Shown here: positions 11,011 through 24,019 of the stretch, piece after piece
Layout of the letters: each line of letters starts with the position of its first letter
Numbering within the stretch: position 1 is the first letter of the stretch
Assembly: GCA_028534125.1 (NCBI GenBank)
Contig: CM052818.1
Location: 12,960,001-13,024,000 of the forward strand
DNA: 64,000 nucleotides
From: Lama glama
Lineage: Eukaryota
Reading direction: 5' to 3'
Made by a program: the position numbers and the translations under genes
Notes under the pieces: generated by a model
Databases searched by the model: none
Told to the model about the DNA's origin: nothing
The model's input: the letters and a program-made list of their open reading frames with translations, nothing else

Positions 11011-14000
11011 AAATGATGAGAAAAGCACAACAAAAACACTTCATGGGGATGGAGCAGGGAGTGGGGGAATTGCAAAATGTCCTTCTGTCTGTAAAGATAC
11101 AATCTTCTTTATATGGCAGTTCTGAAAATATTTGTCAGGTCCCTAAAAGTCAGTGAACCCAGGAAAATTACTTACTGCTCTCCAAAGCCACACACTCAAT
11201 GACAGATTGACTTGTCAATATCCAAAAAAAATCCATAATGTCTTGGAATCACCTTCCCACAATTATCCAAGAACAGGCAAACAAGATAAATCAGTTTTGA
11301 AACTTCTGGTGTAAACTAGGTCCAGTCTAGAGCACACCTGGGCATCTATTTCATACTAATAAGTCACTCTTCTAAAAATATCCTTCCTTCCTTCACGACT
11401 GTCCAAAGAAATTAACACAGGAAATCTTTCTGAGGTGTGAGCAAGAAGATATTGACTGAGTCAGGCTGGTCCCAGGTCTATGTCTCATGTTTCTGCTGTC
11501 ACAGCCATCCCAGCTTCTGCCCAGGCTACCAGGATAAACAGAGCAGGGAAAATTGTATCTTTGGCAGCCATCCCATGGGGTGAAATCCAATACACTGTCT
11601 AGAGAGGAGAGGAAGCCAAAATTTACTCCATGCCACTGACTTGTCATTGCTTCTCACCAGCTCATTGAGAGAAATAAAGCTCTCTACTGTACCAAAGAAC
11701 AGCCTCTGTTCAGCAAATATTTGTCAAGAACCCACTGTGTGCAGGGCCTTATGTTAAGCACTGATTATTCAATTTAGTTGAAATAAAAGGGCATGAGTCA
11801 ATGATGTTGAGTATCACGTACGTTGCCAAACTACTTCTTAATATGCAGGCAGAGAGCCCTTCCTAGAACATCAGCGCTGAAGCACTCTCATGAAGCCATC
11901 TCTGCCGTAAGGTAAATTTATTCTGTCCAAATTATGATCTGCCTCAGTGCTTCTCACTCAGGCTGTGCTCTGCACAACTCAGGGATCCCACAAGCTAGTT
12001 GGATTCTAAGTCCAGCCCCACTTTCACCTGACTTATATAATGGGCTTTCTTCCTTGCTTTTGAACAGAAGGTGTACAACACACACACACAGAGGCACACA
12101 TACACAAGTGAATATCTAGGTTTTTTTTTAAATATCTCTCAAAAATATAGATCCATCTTTTTCCCCAGAAATATCTTCCTACATTTAACATCAGGGAATT
12201 TTTTATATCTCACCCAAATCTTCATGGTACAACTAAAACATGTTTGTTCTTTTGATGTCTTCAATCAGTAGTGTTGGTCATCACAATTCTTGCTGTAAAT
12301 GCTGTTTATACCCTTAAATGCAGCTAGCTATGAAGTCTCCCATATTTTTGTCTACGTCAAACACTTACAAATTCCAGAGTGGGTCTAATTCTCAGTCTTT
12401 TAGTTCTCTCTGGACTCATTCTGCTTTAGGTTCTTCCCATACCCAAAAAGGTAGAGTAAAACACATCAGACTTAGAGTCCAGTAAAGCCAGGTTCTGATA
12501 TGAGTTTTGATACACATTTAATGTGAGGCATTTGGCAATTCAAAACGTCTGTGGCCTCAGCTTTTCCAGCAAATGGAACAGAGCAAGACTCCTAAGATTC
12601 CATTCACTCAAGCTTCTGATTAGCTGATTATTCATCAGTGAGGCTATGCACCCACCCTTAAACAGTAGATTCTAAGACCAATAATTTAGCCATCTCCTAA
12701 TTAAAACCAAATTCTCTTAGTAAAATCCAGTACCTTTACACTCATGTAAGACTTCAGAGTTACTATCCCTGGAAGAGAAAGAGGTAAAATTGGCTTCAAT
12801 TCACACTTGAGAATATATGGTTTATTGCAACTCCTTCGCTAAAAGTATCTGAGAAGCAAAACGACCATTGGAGGACTAGGATAGTACTGAGTACATTACA
12901 GATACTCAAAAAATATCTGCTCTATGAATAGTGAACCCAGAAGAGGGACAGAGACAGAGAGTGATGGCAAAAAGTGAAAAAAAGTTTATGAGGAAGCTGA
13001 CAACAAAGATCTCTGTTCACTAATGTACCTCAATGACTAGAAGGGGCCCTACTGAATGAATAAGAAAAGAAATATAAAGCTAAATGATTTAAATAGGAAG
13101 TTCTAGAACTTTCCAATATTGTTAAGGGTAGACCCTGCTCCTACTAATCCTTTTCATGCCCCAGAACTAGAGCCACAAAAGTTCCAAATAAATAGATTTC
13201 TATTAAAAAAAAACTAATTACCTGATCTACACAACTTACAGTAACAAATACATACTGCCTAGACTAGGGCCCCACTTTAGACTGCCAGATAAATAAATAA
13301 AAATAGATCTTCAGAAGCTTGAAAGATAAGACATCAAATTGTCTCCTCAAAATAGTACAATACAAAACAATACCCCTAATACGGAGAGGGGTAAGAAATC
13401 ATGACAGAGCAATGTGTTTGTATAAAAGATCTTGCTTTAATTGAGTACAAGGTAAACCAAACTTTTCAGTCCTCATAATAAAAAGAGACCCATTTTTAGC
13501 TTTTAAACATGAAGCAAGGTTTGCAAATTCTTTGAAGGAAGTTTAATCCCTGGTTGAGGTTGTCAAAAATAATTTATACAAAACTCCCCAGGAATGAAGG
13601 TCTACTGACAAAAGAAATCGTAGGTATTTTCATTTCTTGGCTTCAATTGGAATAGTGAAAAATCCTAGTGCTGTTTAAAGGGTTAAAAATGTGTCTTTCT
13701 TTGAAACAATCATATCATATTTGTCTTTGTAAATATCAAACCAGGATCATTTGGGGATGCTTTATATTTTTCTGGTTTCTTACAATCCTATGGTCAGGTA
13801 AAAACAAGTGCACAGCAGGACAAGCCTTTACTAACTGGTAATTACAGAATTGCTCCAGGGCTCAGACAGGATCCCAGATGAAGTTAGACAGCTTAATTTT
13901 TATATGAGAGAGGTCCACTACATGTTGAAAAATGTTATGGCAAGGACAATACAAACAGCTGTGTAAGCCTAGAAACTGGAAACAGAACTTTTCTTTGGTA

Positions 14001-14919
14001 TCCTAGTTCGACCAGTATGCAAGGCACTATGAACAGAATTTCTTAAAAACGTCATTCCTTTTCCACCACCTAGAATACTTTTGATTTACTTTTTCCAATA
14101 ACATTAAAGTAAGTCTGTCTCAATGACTGTGAGGCATGGAGCTCTTGCACACTGTTCTCCATGCACGGAATCACTGAACTGTCATTGTTGGGCTGTGCTT
14201 TGATAGGCATGAACAGTCTCATGTCCATAGGTCTGTCCATGGCTCCATTATGGCCAGTACCCCCAGCACGCTGGCCTGCTTTAGTTATCCTGGTGGCTAC
14301 ACAGGACCTATGGATTCTTTTCATGCCCTTGCTCCAATTTAGTACATCTGCACGACAATGTGTTAGGGAAAAGCACAAGAACAGAAGAGGAATATAATGG
14401 AAAAGCCAAGAAAATAGGTTATAAGTCTATATAGAAATGCAATTACCACTGAGACTTATGTGACCTTGTCAAAACAAAAGGCAGACTTCAGGTACTTACC
14501 AAAGGGGCTAACTACCCCTTGGGTGTGATCACATTGGTCACATTTCAGTGGAGACGGGAAAGGAGAACTTGGAAGACCAACATCAATCCCTCAAAAGCAC
14601 AATATTCTGTAATTAGGATTACAAAAACAAGATATCCAGAAGCCACAGAGCTTCTCTTTGTTTTCCTTTCAGTTTTTTTCCAAGATGACCATGGAGTTTA
14701 GAAGAGCTCTGTAGAAATATGTAGAAACCCTCTGACACTCCCTTCCTTCTACACACTTTGGCTGGAACACATCATGGAACCACATGTACTCCCCACCTGC
14801 CCATATATCCTTTTACCTGTCTGCTATGCCAGTTTCTATTTAGTTAAATGGAAATTCATATCCATTTAGATGTAAAACTTGCAACCAAGCTCTAACAAAG
14901 CCATACTCAGTATCAGGGC

Positions 14920-15105
14920 CCTAGAGTCAGAATGCCTGGGTTTGAATCCTAGCTCTATCACTTACTCGGCTATGTAACCTTGAGTAAATTATTCAAACGT
15001 CTTTAAGCTTCAGGTTTCCTATTCTATACAGCCCTCCCTCCGTACAGGGTTCAGTGGAGTATTCAGGATGCAGTAGACTCCTAAGTGTTAACTATCGCTG
15101 TTACT
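14920..15105 (+). mobile_element. MIR SINE
   Basis: agagtcagaatgcctgggtttgaatcctagctctatcacttact...taaccttgagtaaatt...ttaactat. Confidence 0.85.
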
Positions 15106-17360
15106 AATGAAAGGTTCTCATGTACGCAGACCTTATTTTTCCAAGACTTTGAAAAGCAATTAAATCAAAGCCGAGAAGGATTCAGATATAATCGGCTTCA
15201 CTCACATTGTGAAAATGAGACTAAATATAATTTAGTATTTTTAAACTTGTATCTATGTAGAGCTAGGATTAAAAAAGAGAGAGAGAAAGAGAAACTAGAG
15301 AACTTCAGAGGCAGGTAAATAGTGACTAACAGTGACTCTCCCTGCACTAAGGGGAAAAATGTGAAGCCAGAAGCCAAGTTCACGTCACTCAGTGATAACA
15401 ACACTTTCAGACTGTCTTCAGCAAATCATTTGAATTATCTAGAACACTGAAGCCATTTGAAAGCAAAAATATCTTCATATTCACCTTAAAGAGATGTTAT
15501 GAGAACAAAATGAAGTATATGACATTTATCAGAACGAACAGTGCTTTAAAAAGTCATGGTAGAAATATTATGAAAGTCATTCACTGATGATTAAACAAAT
15601 GAAAAAAAAAAAAAAACCTAAAGCAAGTGATTTCAGAAGGGAAGATGCATAAATTTGCCGGTCACCTAAGAGACCCTGCTGGTTTTCTGTAGCTTGTCAT
15701 TTGCAAGTCATTTTGGATTATAATACTTTCTATTCTGTTGAGCCACACGGAAGCATCACTTTGGCATTAACACTATGCAAATACCATCTCAGCAAGGTGT
15801 GCCACACTAATTGCCACAGTTGTAGGCTTTTGGTGTCTTGGACAAAATGATTATTGCTTTGCTTGCTTCCGTAATTATATGTTTTCCTATTGTAATTTCA
15901 GAGTTTATTGAGTAAAACTGTAATAAAAACAAACCTAGTGCATTCATCGTTCAAGAAAAAACAGAACGAGTGAGAACAACAAAGGGCTCAGAAGATTTCA
16001 ATGGACCCCCTCAGGTGGTAACAAGAGAATCCAAAGCAAAACAGTTTTGCCTTTTAGTAAATGACTAACCTGGCACAGTGATTCTGACTCTGGTGTCCTG
16101 GAAACTGAATGAAGCTTTGCAGGTTTCTCATCTACTCTCAGGGCTTACTTGTGAATATACACTGGCCGTGGTGCTCTTCAGTTGGAGGGACAGTGGAAGA
16201 TGAGAAGAATAACAATGCCAGGAAATAAGTCAGAAGGAATCAATAAACAATCTGGGAATAGCTTTAGGTTATTTGAGACTATCAAATCATTTGATTATAA
16301 TACTTCAACCTCCTAGTCGAGACTCATAATATTAGGATTCTAGTTCATCTTAAAAAATGAAAAAAAATGTATAATAGAAAATGAAATTCTATGCTGAGCC
16401 AAATCAATGAGCCGTCCTGCTATATATGCTAACTAGTGTACATGTTTAGCTACATTAGTTATAATATTTTGTTAGGAGGCTGAGTATTCATCACAGAGAG
16501 TCAGTAAACTCAGTGACCCCATTATATACTCTTTTTATTAAATATTTTCTGCAAGCACATTATTCCCCTTTAATAAGTGATTACAGTATTGCAATATTTC
16601 TTGGATGACTGTCATTTTTTTATTCTTCTCATAAAAACTTCTGTACGCTAATACAGTGGGTAAATTTTTTTATTTCCTACCCACTAAATAAAAAAGCTAC
16701 TGTTAGTGCAATTTGAGGCAGGCAGGATTTATAGCTTGTTTGCCAGCTGTTGAGGTTGCCTACCGCTGGCTCTGGCAGATGTTTGGGCTTCCCTGGCTCA
16801 GTTAGTACCACCCAAAACCCAAATCCTCACTGCCTCAGTGTGAATTCCAAGAGATGACACAGAATCTGTACCAGCCAAGTGTGCAGTCATTACCAGAAGC
16901 CAGGGCTTCTGTTCTAAAGCCTCACCTGCTCCCTACCCATCAAGGCTGAACAGTCTAGAATTCAAAGGGCCCTGAGATAGGCAAGCAGCCTTCTTGTTTC
17001 CTTCCATCCCACCCTCACCCCTACTCCCAAGGCTTGACCCTGGCCCAGGTTAGCCTTCAATTAAGCCCTGTCTGGCAAAAGACACACTCAGACCTTTAAT
17101 GACCACTGCTACCGAAAGAGAGGTCAAAAAAGTCCAAGCAAGCAGTCTTTTCTCATCTTCTCCCAAAGACTCTGCCCTCTACAATGGTGGCCCCTGGCAT
17201 GTGTCCTTCCTGGAACTCTTTCTGCTGATGTAATTTGCAGGTGACTCAGTCCCTCTGCTCTATGGCAGACTTTAATCTCACAGATAGTGCAGGCATTCAG
17301 GTTTGAATCTATGAAGATCCCACACTTATCCTTCTTGCTTCCTTCCCACAGAGGTCTCAC

Positions 17361-17540
17361 TTTTGGGCTTTGCTGCTTTACAGTCTCTGTTGTAATGATT
17401 CATCTCTGCCTCTGCAGCACAAAAGCAGCCATGGACAATACATAAAGAGATTCATAGAGCTGTGTGGCAATAAAACTTTATTTAAAAAAAAAAGAATGGG
17501 CAGGATTTGGCCTGCAGACCATAGTATGTCAACTTCTAGT
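17361..17540 (+). mobile_element. MER58A-like hAT-Charlie MITE (5'-truncated)
   Basis: gcagcacaaaagcagccatggacaatacataaa...caataaaactttattta...ggatttggcctgcagaccatagt. Confidence 0.85.
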
Positions 17541-20099
17541 CTCAAAGGAAGACACACATAATTACAAAACAAAGTTATGGCTACAATGCAGGTGTGCACA
17601 GGTCTCAATGAGCGTTATGGGAAAGGATACCTCATTTAGCTTCTGCCATTAGTTATTTGTGCCACTGGTTTGTGCTTCCTACAAGGTAGCAGAAAGAATG
17701 AGAAGTTTGCAAAAAAATCTAAAATTAATGGATAGATAGATTCAATGACTGTGTCAATTTTTTGAGCTTCTTTTGCCTTATAGCACCCTTGGTTCCAAAT
17801 AGTTAAGCTGAAACAAAATCTTTATCATCATGTCATTTCATTCACCTAGAAACGTATAACCTGCAAAAAACTGAAGACAAATATCATGAAAGATTCTATT
17901 TGCCATGATTCCCAAAATCTGGTCTATTCCTGGTGGATCAAGACAACAAGCTCTCAAGAACTAACTATAATAGAGCATTTTGACACTGCAGACCTGAGTT
18001 TTGGCTATAGTAGAATCTAACTTTGGAATCAAAATATGTTCAGGAAGAAATATGGTAACGCTACTAGATAGTATAAAAACATTTTTGAAGTTGCTTATAT
18101 GCAAAACCTTGTATTTTTTTAAGTGAGCATCTTTGGCTCATTAAAATGAGTATCTTAGAGAGAATAAGATTTGGAACACAATTCACAATGGTAAATACAA
18201 CTGCTGACTGTTTGGCTTTGTATAATTATACTGGAAAAATAGTTTGTCCCAGCAGCTGTCAGAATTGTCTGAAGTGTGGGCATACGAGACTTTTGCATAA
18301 TGCTGTGTACATGTGAGCCAGATGCTTCTTCCTACTCTCAAGCTGCATGTACCCCCAGCCCTCCAGTCCTGAGCCTAAGCAGCACAGTGACAACAATCAA
18401 GACCGTCTTAACTGCAATAAAAACAATATATGGTATTTATCCCTTATTATGTATTTTCCCCTGTTCTCCAGATAAAATTGCAGCTTCTCCCAGAAAGACA
18501 GAGCCAATGCCTATCACCTAGAGGAGGTCTGACCAGTCTCAGGAAGAAACTAGACATTTGCTTTTCTTCTTTCTCCTTCCATCCCTCAGCCAGAGGCCTG
18601 GTCAATTCATTGCTAGTTAATGCCCGTTACTTAAGTGGAGACAAGGGAAATGAAATAAAATTAAGCCAGAATCGGTCTCATTTCAGCAACTTGCTTAACC
18701 CTCTAATAAATGTTGCTAATAGATAAGACAGAAATGACTGCCTAAATGAACATGCTTAATGCTCCTGGACTTCATTGCCTACGTTAGCTTAGTATGTGAG
18801 TAATATAATCATAAATTGGACATAAATCTTGAACACTGCAGAACTCTCAGGAGCCGGCTGGAAGCTTAGAGGATCACTCGACACTTCTTGGTAAACAGAT
18901 ACCTTAAGGTTTTTGAGAGTCTATGCGTGTAATACCATGCTACCTAGCAGGACTCAAAAATACCCATTGCTGAGGGGTAAGAATTCATTAAAACCTTCTC
19001 AAATGAGGTTAAGCAAAACAAACAAACAAACACACATACACACACGTGCAAAAACTTCTTTTTTTTTAATGTTTCAACACCTCAGAAAGAGGTTAGCATG
19101 GCTTTAAAAAAAAAAGTAAGGATTTAAATAAGCCATTTCCTAGATGTAAAATGGTGTCTCTTATTTTGTCTTCTGCTGCCAATTTCCTTCAGACCCATCA
19201 TAACTCTAGGAAGAATTATGAGAATCAGTTATAAAGCTGGTAAAAATTGTAGCCATTGTGCTAACTCTGCTTCTTTCACGATTAAAGTGATTTTCAAGGC
19301 GTACCATAGAGAAGGTAGAGCAAAAACAGGATTGGTTAGGGATGTAGGAATACTTTCGCAGGAAGATAAACTAGAAAACCTATCAAGTTTACCCAATTCT
19401 TTCTCCTGGGATTGTTTCCTTTCCTAAATACGATGTCGTATTTTCTGCTTCCTTCTGCTTTGCTTCTACCATCAAATCTAACAGATAATAACATCCTTCT
19501 TGCTAGCAGGAGAAAAAAAAATTTAAGTTAGGAACCAAAGACATATCAAATCTGTTGATAGAAATTCTCCTGCTAAATAATGATGCCAATAACTACTCAT
19601 TGAATCTAAGCCCAGAGAACTCCTAGGAGTGAATTTTTTTCTATGCTAATGCTGCAGAGTATTTTGACAGATTTTTAATTCCTTGTGCTAAAACAATCGC
19701 TCATCCACACCTCTATAGCACCAACACTGAGAATGAAATACCAGTTCCCAGCTCACTGCAGCTGTCCCTGTATGCATCTTTACGGCTTTACTCCCACAGC
19801 TGGGAGACCTCCTGGCAAGACCCTAGCTGGAAATCAGATCCTGCCATCCACCTGAAGACAACCATCAGCCAACGGAGCACAGGGGGAAAAAAAACACTCC
19901 CTAAGCAGGAGGTGCTTTGCTTATTCATAGGAAACCAGGAATTCAATTTCAGGTTTGTTGCTATTGGGAAGATTCAATAGACAAAACACAACATAAAACA
20001 GAATATAAACAAATACCCATATGAGATTCTAATTCACATTTTCATCTATCTACTTGTGGAAAGAAGGAGAACTGAAGATGAGAAAGAACACTTAAAGCC

Positions 20100-20400
20100 A
20101 AAGAATGAGACTGTAATGACTCCAACCAGGGTCTGCATCGGGACAGAGGGAACAGCATGTGCAAAGAACTAGAGACAACAGAGAATTAGAGGACACAGAG
20201 CTTGAAAGAATGCAGGGTAGCTGGGGGTGGGAGAAAGAAGAAGGGTGTGGCAATGGACAAAGTATGAAAAGAAGTAGACAGCTGTTCTATTTTAAGAGGT
20301 TAATGGTTACCCTACGGGATGCCATGGAAGTATGAAGCAGGGAAGTGATATGATTGAACCTACCTTTCAGAAGACTTGTGCTAACTACAAAGGGAAGAGA
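20100..20400 (-). mobile_element. L2 fragment
   Basis: gacagagggaacagcatgtgcaaag, gccatggaag...aagcagggaagtgatatgatt. Confidence 0.65.
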
Positions 20401-20647
20401 ATACTGAACAGGGGAAAAACAGGAGGCGAGCAGAACCATGAACAGAATACTGAAGTCACACCACTTTCCCTCATCCTCTGAATACGAGACAGGAAGATTT
20501 GGATAGTATAGGAATACAGAAAAGTTCTGCCAGGAGGAGCACTCAATGCTGATGAAAGAAAAGTGTATTTGTCTAGTTTATGGTCTGAAGCATCTGAAAT
20601 ACCTGAACATTTCTCCATCCATGACACAGTAAGGATCTATAGTCAAT

Positions 20648-21144
20648 CGTAACAGGGGAGAACATATCTGACTCCATATTGGATCTATCTGTTTCTTTTA
20701 CTTTAACCTTTGTATTCTATTGCTTCTGCTATAAGTTAATCATTAAAGGAATGTTGCCTGTAAGCTTAAATTATGCATAATGGCCCATCCCGGGAACTGT
20801 GCCTCCCAGGTAATCAGTGTTTAGCTAAAATACCTTTGTTTAGCTCACAGGAAACATCCTGACCAGGCCCATCTGTGAATGACTGCAGGAAGGAGGAAAT
20901 TAATACATCCATCCCCTCTCGAGGCTGATGGGAAACAGGAAATGTTTGACTTTACTCCCTCCCCTTTTAGTATAAAAGAAGCTGGAATTCTTACTCAGGC
21001 AAGATGGTTCTCTGGGAAACTGGTCCACCATCTTCTTGGTCTGTTGATTTTCCAAATAAAGTCACTGTTCCTTGCCCCAACAACACATCCCTCGATTTAT
21101 TGGCCTTTCATGCGGTGAGCAGTACAAGCTTGGACTTGGTAACA
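20648..21144 (+). mobile_element. ERV1 solo LTR, cetartiodactyl MER41-like (tentative)
   Basis: (c)gtaaca...ggtaaca termini, tctgactccatattggatc at the 5' end, TATAAAA 20971-20977 and AATAAA 21055-21060. Well preserved. Confidence 0.75.
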
Positions 21145-21439
21145 ACTCAGAATAGAAACAGGTGCCATTATCAGAACCTCAAGAAATTTAAGGCACTTGA
21201 GTTGAAGGTGCTGGAGAAGAGCCAAAGAGATGGCTGGAAAAGTAAAGAAGAGAAGAGGAAATCACAAATGGAAGAGATTCTCAAATTTCCATCTGAAGCC
21301 AACTCTACGGGAAAGGTGATCATAAGAGAAACATGAAGAAATGCTGTGGCCCATTCTGTGGGGATTTGCTTATTCCAGTTTGGCTAACATTGAGACTTTC
21401 TTCCTAAAAATGACTGTATCTGTCCTCTCTTCCAAATTT

Positions 21440-22310
21440 TGCATGCTTAAGTGAGGAGCTAATCTAGGGATAAATGTTGAGACTCAGATTAGGGTATTAG
21501 CAGAGGAAAGGAGAGATGTGAATATGTTTTAAAATGTTTCCTAGTTCAATTTCATAAAACTTGGTGATTAGTCAAACATATGGATTTTGAGAGAAAGAAG
21601 AGTTAACTGTGCCCTCCTGTTTCCAGTTTATGATATGAATTGGATTTTAGTGCCATTCCATAAAAACTGCAAAACAGGTGAGAGTCAAATTTGTGAGAGA
21701 AGATGATGAATTTTTCCTTGGTTACACTGTAAGAGAAGTACCTAGGAGACAACCAAGTCAAACTATTCAAGGGGGAATTTGATATGTGGGATAGTGTCCA
21801 GATGTGAGGCTTCTGATGAAAGCATAAATTTAAGAACAATCAGATATATAAGGAGTTGTATTGTAGATATGGGATTAGGGATTGCAGAGCCATTGGAATG
21901 GCTCTGATTACTCAGGGAGGTTGAATAGGATGCGGAGAGAGAGGAGGGGAGGGAGGAAAAAGGAGAGGAGGAAGCCTAGAGAAGAATCCTGAAAAATACC
22001 AACATTTTAGGGATTGGCAGAGAAAGGAAAAACATGCTAAGGATCAAAACAGAGGCACCAGAGAAAGGTAGTACAAAAGCCAGGTAGCATGGTATGTTAG
22101 AAGCCAGGGAAGAGGCTTTTCAAGAAGGTAAGGAATGCTGCTGAGAGGTCAAATATGGTAAGGACTGACTGTCTACTGAATTTATCAACAAAGAGGATAT
22201 CACTGACCTTGCCAAGAAAAGTTTCAATCAACTTGTAGGAGCAGAAGTCATATTGCAGGAGGTTGAGGACTGAATGAGAGAGAAGGAGACAGCCAAGTAC
22301 CAGGAACTAC
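21440..22310 (-). mobile_element. L2 LINE fragment
   Basis: Antisense L2 motifs: aataccaacattt, agaagccaggggaagag, aatgctgctgagaggtcaaat, cactgaccttg. Confidence 0.75.
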
Positions 22311-24019
22311 TTCTTGAGGCTCTTGGTAGGTTCTTGGGTGCCTAATACATATACAAGCACATGCTGAATCATCAATAAATACTCATCCTAAAGTTATATT
22401 GTGCTTCAAGTTATTACATGTGTGTCTAATAATTTACATTTATAGCAAATATAGCTCAGATGAAAGACCTCAAAAGAAAAGACAGACTGCCTGTCCAACA
22501 ACTGGTTAATCATAACCCTGGATAAATTAATTTTTTAAATAAGCAATCACATTTCCAAAGTTCCCAGAAGTCTACAGAAGTAGAAGAGGAGAGGAAGAAA
22601 AAGGAGGGACTGAGAAGGCTTACGTGTCCCTCCCTTTAGACAAATAGTAGGGTTTTGTTACCCTCCCTGCATGTTAATAAATAAATGAGCCCAAATCCCC
22701 CAAGCATCCCATCCTGCTCTGGAAGCTGGATGCACTGATTAAAGCCTCAAGTCAGTTTTCTTACTCATTGGTGTCACATTCTGAGGGGTTTCCAGTCTTG
22801 TCATTCTCATGATATGAAAAAAAGCAAGGATCTGTGAAAAGAAGCAAGGATCTACGGGTTCCTCCTTTAGTAATTGCAGTGATTTACATGCCTTCTGGAG
22901 AGACCACAGTTTGAAAAAGCATACGATGAAATAAGTACAGACGCACCAACTTGGCAAGGTTCATGGAATACTCTATTTTAAAAGGCTCCCCTCTGATTAT
23001 CTGCAACAGAAAGGAAGACTGTTTATCCTGTCATCATTTATATCCCTACTGTCTTTATGGCTGCCCTGCTGGTATAATAGGCTGCCTAAGACTCACATTT
23101 ATTATGAGAGTACAGAGAGAGACATTTACATTCAAACATACCTGACTGGAATTATGTATAATTCTGTTCTCCTGTCTATATGGATTTTTTTTTTTCTCTC
23201 TCCATCATCAACTTGCAATTTTGTCCACACAAGGCCAGGCGTCTCGGTGATGAATGGGAGAGTCAGTCAACCACTCAGCGGCTTTGTTTACACTGAGTAT
23301 CAGCAAGCATCTGGACCATCAGCTGAAATCTGCCCTTCTCCATCTTTTGCTGGTTGCTATGCAGGCACAGCCCCTGTTTGTTTTGAAACAAAACTAACGA
23401 GTTGCATTTTCCTTATTTTTCTGTAAAATGTGTATGATCCTGACAATAAGCAGATTGGGACACAGTTTGAAAGGGGAAAAAGAAAAGGGTTTTTGTTTTG
23501 TTTTTTTCTCTAGTTCTCCCCATTGTTCTCTTATCCCTAGACATGATATCTCTGTAAAACTATCCCTTCCATATTGGTAGAGTGTCTGTGTGTTTCACAA
23601 TAACTGTATGAAGGAGCAGGGCAGAGATTACACAGACTGATATAAAACCTTAAGGTCAAAAAAAAAAAAAGTGACTAGCCTAGAACATTACAGAGGTGTA
23701 AGTGGCAGAATTAAAATAAGAGCACAAGAGAAGTCAAAAATATCCAGCTGGAATTTCTTTTCCCCAAAACAAACCCCAGGATTTCAAAAAAGGAACACTG
23801 AAAGGTTCTTTCCAGTAAAGATTTGGCTAGTTGATCAGACTGGATTTTCTTCACACTGGAAGGGGCAGTAACTCAACTTGAGTGGAATCAGCATACTTTG
23901 CAAGTGTGGGTTTTCCTATCCTGACTACAGGATCTATCTCCCCTCACTCCCCCAAGAGCTTACACAGTGTTTGATCCACTGACACAGGATCCCACGTACT
24001 TTGTAACGATCAGGTGACC

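Noticed and set aside
11485..11571. Minus-strand 28-aa smORF MAAKDTIFPALFILVAWAEAGMAVTAET with good Kozak context, signal-peptide-like
   Set aside because: It stops immediately, has no convincing splice donor, has an out-of-frame ATG 5 nt upstream and has no recognised homolog. Expected by chance.
13100..13114. Perfect three-unit heat-shock element gTTCtaGAActTTCc (another at 36791-36805)
   Set aside because: About one is expected by chance per window by rough estimate, and there is no promoter context.
14325..14550. KCDQCD...MKRIH resembling a C2H2 zinc finger in the hypothetical spliced frame
   Set aside because: The spacing is wrong and the first zinc-binding histidine is missing.
16785..16802. 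gggcttccctggctcag resembling the start of a Bov-tA/CHR SINE
   Set aside because: The similarity does not extend into a tRNA-derived body or tail.
22815..22853. 20-bp-period tandem duplication tgaaaa(a/g)aagcaaggatct, with similar small duplications at ~28922, ~29244 and ~42789
   Set aside because: These are ordinary slippage-type duplications with no array structure.
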